64,000 bases of DNA, from assembly GCA_050014475.1 (NCBI GenBank), contig JBEKDG010000008.1, forward strand, positions 18,636 to 82,635, given 5' to 3'. The position numbers were made by a program, and so were the translations under genes. The notes below the pieces were generated by a model. It did no database searches, had not been told where the DNA came from, and was given only the letters and a program-made list of their open reading frames with translations. Shown in pieces: positions 20,952-30,092 of this stretch. Each line of letters starts with the position of its first letter. Position 1 is the stretch's first letter. The DNA is from Terriglobales bacterium. Its GTDB lineage: Bacteria > Acidobacteriota > Terriglobia > Terriglobales > Acidobacteriaceae.

Positions 20952-21446
20952 CTACTGGCCGTTCTTGGCGCGGCCAGTGGGCGGCTTCTGCGGAGGATCG
21001 GGAGCCACGTAAACAACTTCTCCACGCCGCGTGTAGTGAAGCTGCTCGCGGGCTTCCTTCTCGATCGCGGCAGGATCGGATTTGAGCGATCTGATCTGGT
21101 CGACGTACTGACCGTTTTCCTTCTGCAGACGCTCCACCTCACTCTGGAGCGATTGCATCTCGGCGTGCTTCTGGCGATAAATGACCATGCCGTTGGCTCC
21201 GAACATGGCGTGCAGCAGCAGCCCTACGATGAGAAGGACGGCGGCTGCAGTTCCCAGACGACGCCACTCCAGGACGAGCCACGACCAGACCGGGCGCGTG
21301 CGTTCGATCCAGCGCGCCGCCATCGCCTCTGCCCTTGGAGCCTGATCCTTGGCCTGATCGATGGCCTGACCCATGACCGCGCGGAGGCCTTCCTCCGGAC
21401 GTGGAAGGATGCGCGCTCTCGACGGTGGTCCTAGTCGAAGATCCAT
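20952..21446 (-). CDS. ftsB: septum formation initiator (FtsB/DivIC family)
   Basis: A single TM segment followed by the coiled coil QSLQSEVERLQKENGQYVDQIRSLKSDPAAIEKEAREQLHY. The start is uncertain. Confidence 0.72.
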   Translation of the reverse strand: MDLRLGPPSRARILPRPEEGLRAVMGQAIDQAKDQAPRAEAMAARWIERTRPVWSWLVLEWRRLGTAAAVLLIVGLLLHAMFGANGMVIYRQKHAEMQSLQSEVERLQKENGQYVDQIRSLKSDPAAIEKEAREQLHYTRRGEVVYVAPDPPQKPPTGRAKNGQ

Positions 21447-22858
21447 GCTTTCGCTGCCGCACTCAACTTTGCGAGGTCTTCCCTGCTGCGCGCTTCGCTA
21501 TACACGCGCACCACTGGCTCCGTGCCCGAGAGCCGGTAGCAAACCCACGATCCGTCAGCGAGAACGAGTTTGAGTCCATCGGTCCTCACCACGCTGGCAA
21601 CTTTGATGCCATGAAACTCGCTCGGATCGCCACGTAACTTTTCAGTAAACTTCTGTTTTACTTCCGGCGTCAAGCGGAAGTTCTCCCTTAAAGGATAGAA
21701 GGAACCAACTTTGGCAAATAGGTCGGCTAGTTGTTTGCCGAGCGAGGCGCCACGGCGAGCGACCATCTCGCAGCAGAGCAGGCCGGCAAGCACGCCGTCT
21801 TTCTCCGGGACGTGTTTGCGGATGGAGAGGCCAGCGCTTTCTTCACCGCCGATGAGGATCTTGTCCTGCTTGATCAGTTCGCCAATATATTTGAAGCCAA
21901 CCGGGGTTTCGTAGAGCTCGATTTTATGTTTTTCGGCAAGCGCGTTGATGAGATTGGTGGTGGCAACCGACTTGCCGACTCCGTTTCTCCAACCGCGGGT
22001 TTCGACCAGGTAGTCGAAGAGCAGCGCGATGATGTAGTTGGGCTGAACGAATGTGCCGTCATCGTCCACAATCCCGAAGCGATCGGCATCGCCATCGGTC
22101 GCGATGCCAATTCCAGTGCCCGCGCCCATTTCGCGCATCTTGCAACGCAGGTCTTCGAGCAGGTGATCGTCAGGCTCGGGGGCGTGGCCTCCGAAGAGCA
22201 CGTCGCGGGTGTCGTGGACGGTGGCCACGGTAACGCCGGCCTCGCGCAGGAACGCGTCAGAATAGCCCCGCGCAGCGCCCCACATGGGATCGAAGGCAAT
22301 CTTGACGCCGGCTTTCCTGATGACATCGAGATCGACGATTTCGCGCAGCCGCGAGAGATACATGCGGCGCGGGTCAATAGATTGGGGCTGGGATTGGGAC
22401 TGCGCCTCACCTTTTGTTGTGTGGGGCTTTTGCGGATTCGCATCGAAGGCCGCGATCTCGCGCTCGATGGCTTCCGTGACTTCGGGGAGTGAGGGCGCGC
22501 CATCGGGCGTCGAGAACTTGATGCCGTTGTATTCCGGCGGATTATGCGAAGCGGTGAAGTTGATAGCGCCATCGGCTTTGGACTGGATCACGGCGTAGGA
22601 AATGGCGGGTGTGGGCGCAGGCTCCGCGATGACCAGCGGCGTGATGCCGTAACTGGACAAGATGTCGGCGGCCATGGCGCAGAAAGTTTCGCCCAGAAAG
22701 CGCGGATCGCGGCCGACGATGATTCTTGGTCCCTTCGATTTCTGCGACGACACATAGCGCGCGATGCCGTGCACGGCCCGCTGGACATTGGCAAACGTGA
22801 ACTCTTCGGCCATCACGGCCCGCCATCCAGACGTGCCAAACTTGATTTGCGTTGCCAT
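21431..22858 (-). CDS. phosphoglucomutase/phosphomannomutase family protein
   Basis: FTASHNPPEYNGIKF active-site loop, and GIATDGDADRFGIVD metal-binding loop. Confidence 0.9.
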   Translation of the reverse strand: MATQIKFGTSGWRAVMAEEFTFANVQRAVHGIARYVSSQKSKGPRIIVGRDPRFLGETFCAMAADILSSYGITPLVIAEPAPTPAISYAVIQSKADGAINFTASHNPPEYNGIKFSTPDGAPSLPEVTEAIEREIAAFDANPQKPHTTKGEAQSQSQPQSIDPRRMYLSRLREIVDLDVIRKAGVKIAFDPMWGAARGYSDAFLREAGVTVATVHDTRDVLFGGHAPEPDDHLLEDLRCKMREMGAGTGIGIATDGDADRFGIVDDDGTFVQPNYIIALLFDYLVETRGWRNGVGKSVATTNLINALAEKHKIELYETPVGFKYIGELIKQDKILIGGEESAGLSIRKHVPEKDGVLAGLLCCEMVARRGASLGKQLADLFAKVGSFYPLRENFRLTPEVKQKFTEKLRGDPSEFHGIKVASVVRTDGLKLVLADGSWVCYRLSGTEPVVRVYSEARSREDLAKLSAAAKAWIFD

Positions 22859-22919
22859 CGGCTGCCTCGTATGCTTCCAGTGAAACTTTGAATCTTCGAT
22901 TTTATATGACCGATTTTAT

Positions 22920-23237
22920 ATGACCGACAAAAAGCTGGTTCTTACCACGTGCGGTTCGCTCGAAGAAGCCCGGAGCATCGCACACGCGCTGGTGGAGCGG
23001 CAACTGGCGGCGTGCGTCAACATCGTTCCGCAGATTGAATCGACATATCGCTGGCAAGGCGAGATCGAGACGGCAACGGAGTGGCTGCTCGTAATCAAGA
23101 CGACGGCAGACGCTTTCAATCGCCTGCGCGAGGCTTTGAGTGAGTTACATTCCTACGAGCTTCCAGAGTGTATCGAGATTGCCATTGAAGATGGGAGCGC
23201 GGCGTACCTGGAGTGGATTGGAGAGTCCGTGCGCTGA
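22920..23237 (+). CDS. cutA: divalent-cation tolerance protein CutA
   Basis: 105 aa. LAACVNIVPQIESTYRWQGEIE...YELPE is typical CutA1. Confidence 0.88.
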   Translation: MTDKKLVLTTCGSLEEARSIAHALVERQLAACVNIVPQIESTYRWQGEIETATEWLLVIKTTADAFNRLREALSELHSYELPECIEIAIEDGSAAYLEWIGESVR

Positions 23238-23258
23238 GGGCGACTGGTTCGGACAGCC

Positions 23259-23334
23259 GTGGAGAGCCGGGCGTCCCCGCCCGGCTGGACGGGCGAGACG
23301 CCCGTCCCTCCACCGTATGACTCATCACGCGGTC
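23259..23334. repeat. 76-nt twin-hairpin dispersed repeat, copy 1
   Basis: GCCGGGCG-tccc-CGCCCGGC then GGACGGGCG-aga-CGCCCGTCC. By my count 71/76 identical to 44722-44797. Confidence 0.85.
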
Positions 23335-23340
23335 GCGGCG

Positions 23341-24495
23341 CTAGATCGCCGCCAGCGCCTGGTCGAGATCGGCGAGGATATCGCCCACGTCCTCGATCCC
23401 GACGGAGATGCGGACCAGGCCGTCGGTGATGCCGATTTTGCGGCGGCCTTCCTCGCCGACGGCGGCGTGCGTCATGGTGGCGGGATGCGAAATCAGGGTT
23501 TCGACTCCGCCCAGGGACTCGGCCAGGGAACAGACGCGCACCTTGCGGAGCATCTTGTTGGCGTTCGCGAGCGATCCGGTTTCGAAAGCGATCATGGAGC
23601 CGAAGCCGGACATCTGCCGTTTGGCCAGTTCGTGCTGCGGATGATCCGGCAGTCCTGGATAAAAAACCTTCTGCACTTTCTTGTGCTTCGAGAGATAATC
23701 GGCGACTTTGCGGCCGCTGCGGTCGTGCTGTTCCATGCGAACGGCCAGAGTCTTGACTCCGCGCAGGATCAGCCAGCACTCGAAGGGCGATAGGATGGCG
23801 CCGGCGGCTTTCTGAAGAAAAGCGAGTTTTTCCGCCTGCTCGGGTTTGGTGCAGACGACGACACCTCCCAGCCCGTCGCTGTGTCCGTTGAGAAATTTCG
23901 TGGTGGAGTGAACAACCATGTCGGCGCCGAATTCAATCGGACGCTGAAAATACGGCGACATGAACGTGTTATCGACGACGACCTCGACGCCGTGCCGGTG
24001 GCTGAGTTCGCTGATGGCGCGGAGGTCGCAAAGCTGCATCAGAGGATTGGTCGGCGTCTCCAGGAACACCAGCCGCGTGTTCTTCTGGAATGCGCGCTCA
24101 ACGTTGTTGACGTCGGATGTATCGACGTACGTGAATGTCAAACCAAAGTTTGCTAGGACCTGATTGAACAGGCGCGGCGTCCCGCCATAGAGATTGTGCC
24201 CGGCGACGACGTGGTCTCCGGCTTTGAGCATGGTAGCAATGGCGTTGATGGCCGCCATCCCACTGCCGAACACGCGTGATGCCGTTCCGCCTTCCAGCGC
24301 CGCGAGGTTGGTCTCGAGTCGGTCGCGCGTCGGATTCGATACGCGCGCGTATTCGTAACCTTTGTGCTTGCCGATTTCTTCCTGCGCGTAAGTGGAGGTC
24401 GCATAGATCGGGGCGCTGACCGCGCCGGTGGCGGGGTCGGGCTCTTGTCCGGTGTGGATGGCTTTGGTGGCGAAGCCGGATGGTTTGGGGATCAA
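23341..24495 (-). CDS. PLP-dependent Cys/Met metabolism enzyme (cystathionine gamma-synthase/lyase family)
   Basis: 384 aa with typical family sequence (YARVSNPTR, HSTTKFLNGHSD PLP-Lys region). Confidence 0.9.
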   Translation of the reverse strand: MIPKPSGFATKAIHTGQEPDPATGAVSAPIYATSTYAQEEIGKHKGYEYARVSNPTRDRLETNLAALEGGTASRVFGSGMAAINAIATMLKAGDHVVAGHNLYGGTPRLFNQVLANFGLTFTYVDTSDVNNVERAFQKNTRLVFLETPTNPLMQLCDLRAISELSHRHGVEVVVDNTFMSPYFQRPIEFGADMVVHSTTKFLNGHSDGLGGVVVCTKPEQAEKLAFLQKAAGAILSPFECWLILRGVKTLAVRMEQHDRSGRKVADYLSKHKKVQKVFYPGLPDHPQHELAKRQMSGFGSMIAFETGSLANANKMLRKVRVCSLAESLGGVETLISHPATMTHAAVGEEGRRKIGITDGLVRISVGIEDVGDILADLDQALAAI

Positions 24496-24514
24496 AGATT
24501 TCTCCTGGGTCCGC

Positions 24515-24570
24515 TTGTCGCTGTTCGCTATTCGCTTTTCGCGCGAACAGCGAACGACGAACAGCGAACA
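24515..24570. repeat. near-loopless hairpin made of 4+4 heptads (TGTTCGC / GCGAACA)
   Basis: Read directly. By my count about 22 of 28 positions pair around the centre at 24542/24543. Confidence 0.85.
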
Positions 24571-24576
24571 GCCTCT

Positions 24577-25527
24577 CTATATTCCGCCTTCAAAAATCTT
24601 CTTCGACAGATAGCGTTCGGCAGAGTCGGGAATCAGCGTGACTACGCGCTTCCCTGCCCCGAGCCGTTTTGCAATTTGCACAGCCGCGTAGACGTTGGCG
24701 CCCGCGCTTGAGCCTCCGAGTACGCCTTCGCGGGCGGCCAGTTCTTTCACCATGCCGAAGGCCTGAACGTCGGTCACCATCATGATTTCGCTGCAAACCG
24801 AGCCATCGAAATTCTTGGGGATGAAGCTCGACCCGATCCCTTCCACTTTGTGCGGGCCGGGTTTGCCTCCGCCGAGCACGGACCCTTCCGTTTCTACGGC
24901 AACGGTGTGTACGTTCGGGAGGCGCTCTTTCAGAAATCGGGCAATCCCGGTGAAAGTTCCGGCGGTGCCGCTGCCAACGGTGATGGCATCAATCCGTCCT
25001 TCCATTTGTTCAAAGATTTCGCGGGCCGTAGTTTCGTAGTGGTAGTCGGGGTTGGCAGGATTCTCGAACTGCGCGGCCATGAAGGCCGAGGTGTCGGTTG
25101 CCAGCAGGTCTTTGGCGCGATCGATGGCGCCTTGCATGCCCTCGGCCTCCGGGGTGCGGGTCACCTCGGCGCCGAGGGCCCGCATGATGATGACTTTTTC
25201 CTCCGAAAAGTTCTCCGGGACGAACAGCCGGACTTTGTAGCCGCGACTCACGCCGATCAGGGCGAGGCCGATACCGGTGTTTCCGGCGGTGGCTTCGATG
25301 ACCGTGCCGCCGCGTTTCAGCTTGCCTTCCCGCTCGGCGCGCTCGATCAAGCCAATGGCGGCGCGGTCTTTCACGCTGCCGCCGGGGTTCAGGTATTCGA
25401 GCTTGGCGAAAATATCGGCCGATCCCGGAGGGGCCAGCTTCTTCATTTGCAGCATCGGCGTTTCGCCGACGAGCTTGGAGATATCGTCGCTAACGCGCAG
25501 GCGGGAACTTGCTGTCGATGTGGCCAC
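24577..25527 (-). CDS. cysteine synthase / CBS-like PLP enzyme
   Basis: KLEYLNPGGSVKDR and TAGNTGIGLA motifs. The ORF extends to 25569 but overlaps the upstream gene, so GTG 25527 was chosen; the start is uncertain. Confidence 0.85.
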   Translation of the reverse strand: MATSTASSRLRVSDDISKLVGETPMLQMKKLAPPGSADIFAKLEYLNPGGSVKDRAAIGLIERAEREGKLKRGGTVIEATAGNTGIGLALIGVSRGYKVRLFVPENFSEEKVIIMRALGAEVTRTPEAEGMQGAIDRAKDLLATDTSAFMAAQFENPANPDYHYETTAREIFEQMEGRIDAITVGSGTAGTFTGIARFLKERLPNVHTVAVETEGSVLGGGKPGPHKVEGIGSSFIPKNFDGSVCSEIMMVTDVQAFGMVKELAAREGVLGGSSAGANVYAAVQIAKRLGAGKRVVTLIPDSAERYLSKKIFEGGI

Positions 25528-25558
25528 TCTACAGAGTAAGGAACGCGAGCCGCCAGCG

Positions 25559-26146
25559 TCAATCGCCACTCGTCTTGCCGGAGCGCCCCGCAGCCTCCAC
25601 TGTCGTAGTGGGGTCGGCGCCTTGCCAGCTCACGTCGGCCGTCGGCCCGTACGTCGCAGGCACCGGCTTTCCCAGCAAACGCAGGTAGACCGTCAACTGC
25701 GTCCGGTGATGAGCTGTATGCAAGACGCGCCGCCAGAAGATCCAGATCCGTTCCCGGCGGGTATCGAAGAAAGGGACAACCGTCCGCCACCACTCCTCAT
25801 CGCGTTCCGCCATGAAGCCAAGTCGCGGCCAGGCAAGCTCCAGCATCCGCTGGTTGAAGTCCTCGACCGCAAGCCTCTGCGGCAGGACTTGTTCCGCTGC
25901 GACTTCCGGCACGCCGAGGAATTCGGCAAAGAATCGCCGCTCCGACAGCAGTTGGTGCTTCATGATGTCGGCGACCGAACTGGAGTTCGCATGCGGGCGG
26001 TAGCCAAGATCCGAATCGACAAAGGTCGCCCAGACGGAAATGACTTTGTTCGTCTCGCTGGCGTAGGTATCGAGGACGTGCTGAAGCAGCGCAACCCGGC
26101 AGCGTGGAACTTGTTCGTCGCGAATCGCCGAGAACGAATATTTCAT
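25559..26146 (-). CDS. DinB-family protein
   Basis: 195 aa with the His pattern of the four-helix DinB/YfiT-like fold (HQLLSERRFF, HTAHHRTQL). Confidence 0.75.
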   Translation of the reverse strand: MKYSFSAIRDEQVPRCRVALLQHVLDTYASETNKVISVWATFVDSDLGYRPHANSSSVADIMKHQLLSERRFFAEFLGVPEVAAEQVLPQRLAVEDFNQRMLELAWPRLGFMAERDEEWWRTVVPFFDTRRERIWIFWRRVLHTAHHRTQLTVYLRLLGKPVPATYGPTADVSWQGADPTTTVEAAGRSGKTSGD

Positions 26147-26166
26147 AAATGCAACGCGACTCTCGC

Positions 26167-27351
26167 TTACTGCGCCCCGGAAGCGGGCTCGGCTCCGGCG
26201 TAATAACCGCTTTTCGTGCGGACGGTGAGTTTGCCGTAGCTGCGCGAACGGGCGTCCACTTTCACTTGCCGATAGCCGCCCTGGTTTTTCGGCGTCGTCG
26301 GTTTGTATCCAATGGTGTACTGGTTGCGAATATCGTGGGCCACGCTGCGGCTGATGGCGTCAACTTCGTCCAGCGTTTTGGGGAAGAAAGCGATGCCGCC
26401 AGTTCTCTCGGACATGATTTGCAGCGCACGTTTGGCGTGCTTCGGGTGCTCTTCCTTCTCCAGGATGCCAATGGCGTAAACGGTTGGTCCGCCGTCGGCC
26501 TGCAGACGCCGTACGGCCTGCTCCAGAGTCTCGGCGCTCTCGTTGTCCTCTCCGTCCGTAACTACAAGAATCACTTTCTTTTCGAGCCTCGCTTCTTTTT
26601 TCAAGTGGTCGGCGGAGGCTACGACCGCATCGTAGAGCGCCGTGCCGCCGCGAGCTTCGATTTTTTCCAGCCCCTCTTTCAGCTTATTGATGTTGGAAGT
26701 GAAATCCTGGTCAAGGTAGTACTCGTCGTTGAAGTTGACGATGAACACTTCGTCATTTGGATTCGACGAGCGCACCAGGTTCAGGGCGGCGGCGTTCACC
26801 TTCTGCCGCTTCTCGCGCATGGAGCCAGAGTTATCCACGACGATGCCCATGGCGACGGGGATGTCTTCGTGGCGGAATGAGATGATGGTTTGGGGATGCC
26901 CATCCTCATAGACGTTGAAATCGCCCTTGTCGAGGCTGGTGACGATGTGTTGCTTGTCGTCGATAACGGTGGCATGCAACACGACTTCTTCGACGTCCTT
27001 GCGGAAAACGAAGACGCCGCTGTCGGAGGAATCCGGATTCTGTCCGGCGTTCGGAGCGGCATTCGGAGCGACGATCTGCCCCGTCGAGGCTGGCTGGGAA
27101 CTGGCAACCGGGGCCGGCGGCGACTGCTTCGGGGCTCCGGCTTTGGTTTGAGAGTTAGAGCTGGTTTCATAAATCGGTTTTGGGTAGGGCACGGCTTCAG
27201 CCGTGCCGTTCAGGGCCTGGAAAGATGCGGGCTTTAGCCCCTGCGGAACGTACCCTCCGAGCGGAAAGGCATTTATGAAACCAGCTCCAGCCAGGAACAG
27301 CGTTGTCAGGAGAAAGAAAATCGGTAGCGGAACGTTATTCCGTTGGCGCAT
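26167..27351 (-). CDS. VWA domain-containing secreted protein
   Basis: MIDAS-like VVDNSGSM, with VILVVTDGEDN and a conserved C-terminal YRQVKVD...SGYYA tail. Confidence 0.85.
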   Translation of the reverse strand: MRQRNNVPLPIFFLLTTLFLAGAGFINAFPLGGYVPQGLKPASFQALNGTAEAVPYPKPIYETSSNSQTKAGAPKQSPPAPVASSQPASTGQIVAPNAAPNAGQNPDSSDSGVFVFRKDVEEVVLHATVIDDKQHIVTSLDKGDFNVYEDGHPQTIISFRHEDIPVAMGIVVDNSGSMREKRQKVNAAALNLVRSSNPNDEVFIVNFNDEYYLDQDFTSNINKLKEGLEKIEARGGTALYDAVVASADHLKKEARLEKKVILVVTDGEDNESAETLEQAVRRLQADGGPTVYAIGILEKEEHPKHAKRALQIMSERTGGIAFFPKTLDEVDAISRSVAHDIRNQYTIGYKPTTPKNQGGYRQVKVDARSRSYGKLTVRTKSGYYAGAEPASGAQ

Positions 27352-28348
27352 AGTAACCCGTCTTGGCGTAGACCCGGAGCGGCGGCAATCCTTTTGGCGG
27401 TAAGAGTTTCACTTTTATTTTACGCCATTTGCCATCGCGCACTGGGTTCTTGGGACGGTATCCGATGACATATTGGTTGCGCAACTCGATGCCAATTTTT
27501 GTGGAAACGTCCGCCAGGTCGTTCGGGTTATCAATGGTAAAAGCCCGGCCCCCAGTCAGTTCGGTGACATCGCTGAGCAGGGCAGGTCCGAGCCGCTCTT
27601 CTTCGGTCGGAAAGTAATGATCGTAAATGCCGATGGCGTAGATAAGAATGTCGGCCTCTTTGACCATGGAACGGATCTCGCCTTCCGTATAGCGGCTATG
27701 GTTGTCGCCGCCGTCGGAGATGATCAGCAATGCCTTCTTCGGATACTTGGCCTGGCGCATTTTGCTGACGCCAAGGTAAATGGCATCAAGCAGCGCCGTG
27801 CGGCCCCTGGGAACCGTGTAAATGAGCCGGCCCTGAATATCATCCACCGAACTGGTGAAATCGGAGATCTCCTCCGGCTTATCGGCAAAGGTGATCATGA
27901 AGAATTCGTCTTGCGGGTTGGCGGTCTTGAAGAACTCGACCACCGCCTCGCGGGCGCGCTCGATCTTGCCGCCCATGCTGCCGCTCATGTCAAAGATCAC
28001 GCCGATCGAAACCGGAGCGTCTTCGCTGGAGAAAGTCTTGATCTCCTGCAGGTCTTTGCCTTCGAAAAGGTTGAAGTTCTCGCGATCGAGGCCGGTGACA
28101 AGCCGGTTTAAGGGATCGGTGATGGTGACCGGCACCAGGACCATGTCCACGGCTACTTTGAAGGGCTTGGTGTGGGTCTTGAGCGCCGGATCCACGTCGG
28201 GCTCTTTTGGAGCCGGTGGCCGGACGCGGGGTTGGATGTGGACGTCCTCAGTCGAAGTCTGGGCGAGAAGCGGGAGGGCGCTGCACACCGCAACCAGCAG
28301 AAGTACAACGAAGAAGACGCGAGCCGAGAACTGTTTGCCGTACAACAT
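27335..28348 (-). CDS. VWA domain-containing secreted protein (paralog)
   Basis: IFDMSGSM, LLIISDGGDNHS and a WRKIKVKL...TGYYAP tail. The start was chosen at the signal-peptide Met. Confidence 0.83.
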   Translation of the reverse strand: MLYGKQFSARVFFVVLLLVAVCSALPLLAQTSTEDVHIQPRVRPPAPKEPDVDPALKTHTKPFKVAVDMVLVPVTITDPLNRLVTGLDRENFNLFEGKDLQEIKTFSSEDAPVSIGVIFDMSGSMGGKIERAREAVVEFFKTANPQDEFFMITFADKPEEISDFTSSVDDIQGRLIYTVPRGRTALLDAIYLGVSKMRQAKYPKKALLIISDGGDNHSRYTEGEIRSMVKEADILIYAIGIYDHYFPTEEERLGPALLSDVTELTGGRAFTIDNPNDLADVSTKIGIELRNQYVIGYRPKNPVRDGKWRKIKVKLLPPKGLPPLRVYAKTGYYAPTE

Positions 28349-28670
28349 AGGCCCCACTAAATCCGCGCCTTGCAGGGAGGCGACCCGCATCCCCAAAAGG
28401 CGGGCCAATAGAATCTCTCCTAAGCCGGATACTAGCACAATCGCGAAAAAGTGTTGCCACCTTTTCGTCTCCGACCCATACCTTCTGCGCATCTTTTTTC
28501 TCCTTTTGGGTGGTGGGCTAATTCCGTATTGCTGAGCCGCGAGCTTCGAGCAAACCGGTGCCCCGCAGCTCGCAGCTTACTTATTCGGCAACACAGAATT
28601 AGCCCATTCAGTCCTTTTGCTCGTTGGCCCCGGGGCCGGATCGTCCCTGCTACAATTCTGCGTTCCCTTT

Positions 28671-30002
28671 ATGGCAATTATTTCCCCATTTCGAGCTTGG
28701 CGCTATGACCCGGAGCGCGTACCGGTCCAGCACGCTGTAACCCAGCCCTACGACAAAATCACCCCTGCCATGCAGGATCGTTACTACCAAGCCAGTCCTT
28801 ATAACCTGGTGCGGATCATTCTCGGGAAACGCCTGCCGGGGGACGGGGACGCCGAGAACGTCTATACCCGGGCGGCGGCGTCCTTCCAGAACTGGCGCCA
28901 GACAAGCGTTTTGCGACAGGATCCCGAGCCTTCGATCTACCGCTATTCCCAGACGTTCATAGTTCCGGGAGGCGCTCCCGGAGGCGTCGTCGGAAACCAG
29001 GCGCGGGCTGAGCGGCGGGGCTTCATCGCACTCGGCCGGATCGAGGAGTATTCCGCGGGCGTCGTGTTCCGGCACGAGCAGACGCTGGCCAAGCCGAAGG
29101 CCGACCGGCTGGATTTGCTGCGCGCGAATCGAGCCCACTTCGGTCAAATCTTCATGCTGTACAGCGCGGCGGGCAAGGTCGATGCCCTGCTCGATTCGGC
29201 GGCAGCCAGAGACATCGACATCGAGGTCACCGACGAGTACGACGTGGTGCACCGCGTCTGGAAGATCTCCGATTCCTCGGTCATTGCCTCCGTACAGGAG
29301 CAGATGCGGGATCGGAAGCTGATCGTCGCCGACGGCCATCACCGCTATGAAACTGCTTTGACTTACCGCAACGAGCGGCGCGCCGCGGCCGACACGGGGT
29401 CGGGCCTTCCAGTTCCTTACGACTCGGTGATGATGACCTTCGTTGACATGGATCGCCCCGGCCTGGTGATCTTGCCGACACATCGGCTGGTGTTCGGCCT
29501 GCCATCTTTTTCAGCTGCGCAATTTCAGGGGGAGGCGCGGAAATTCTTCCATGTGGAAGAGGTCGATGCCGGAATCGATGCGGCGCGCGCCACCGCCATT
29601 CTGCAGCAGGCAGGGCACGCGGGAACGGCGTTGCTGGCGGTCACCGCCGAGCGTTCATTTCTGCTGCACTCGCCTAAAGCCATTGGCGCCAGCTTGTTCG
29701 GAAACCTTTCTCTGCGCCAGCAAGCGCTGGACGTCGTGCAATTGCACAAGTGCCTGCTGGAAGGTGTGCTGAAGATTTCGGAGGAAGCCATTCGCCATCA
29801 GGCGAACGTTTCCTATTGTCGCGAGGCCGCTGAAGCCCTGTCGCAGGTGCGGAGTGGAAAGGTGCAGGTGGCGTTCCTGATGAATCCGGTGCGCATGGAC
29901 CAGGTTCGCGATATCGCTCTTGCCGGCGATGTGTTGCCCCAGAAGTCCACCGATTTCTACCCCAAGTTGCTGAGTGGGCTCACGATTTATGCGCTGGAAT
30001 AG
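28671..30002 (+). CDS. DUF1015 family protein
   Basis: MAIISPFRAWRYDP...QPYDKI N-terminus and the ADGHHRYETAL motif. Confidence 0.85.
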   Translation: MAIISPFRAWRYDPERVPVQHAVTQPYDKITPAMQDRYYQASPYNLVRIILGKRLPGDGDAENVYTRAAASFQNWRQTSVLRQDPEPSIYRYSQTFIVPGGAPGGVVGNQARAERRGFIALGRIEEYSAGVVFRHEQTLAKPKADRLDLLRANRAHFGQIFMLYSAAGKVDALLDSAAARDIDIEVTDEYDVVHRVWKISDSSVIASVQEQMRDRKLIVADGHHRYETALTYRNERRAAADTGSGLPVPYDSVMMTFVDMDRPGLVILPTHRLVFGLPSFSAAQFQGEARKFFHVEEVDAGIDAARATAILQQAGHAGTALLAVTAERSFLLHSPKAIGASLFGNLSLRQQALDVVQLHKCLLEGVLKISEEAIRHQANVSYCREAAEALSQVRSGKVQVAFLMNPVRMDQVRDIALAGDVLPQKSTDFYPKLLSGLTIYALE

Positions 30003-30009
30003 CAAACTG

Positions 30010-30086
30010 CAGTTCTCAGTTCCCAGTTCTCAGTTCTCAGTACGAGCTGATTTTGCTGAGAACTGAGAACTGGGAACTGAGAACTA
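30010..30086. repeat. long hairpin with arms built from CAGTTCT heptads
   Basis: 31-nt arms, 30/31 complementary, with a 15-nt loop. The left-arm variant CAGTTCC is matched by GGGAACT in the right arm. Confidence 0.92.
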
Positions 30087-30092
30087 GCGGAA

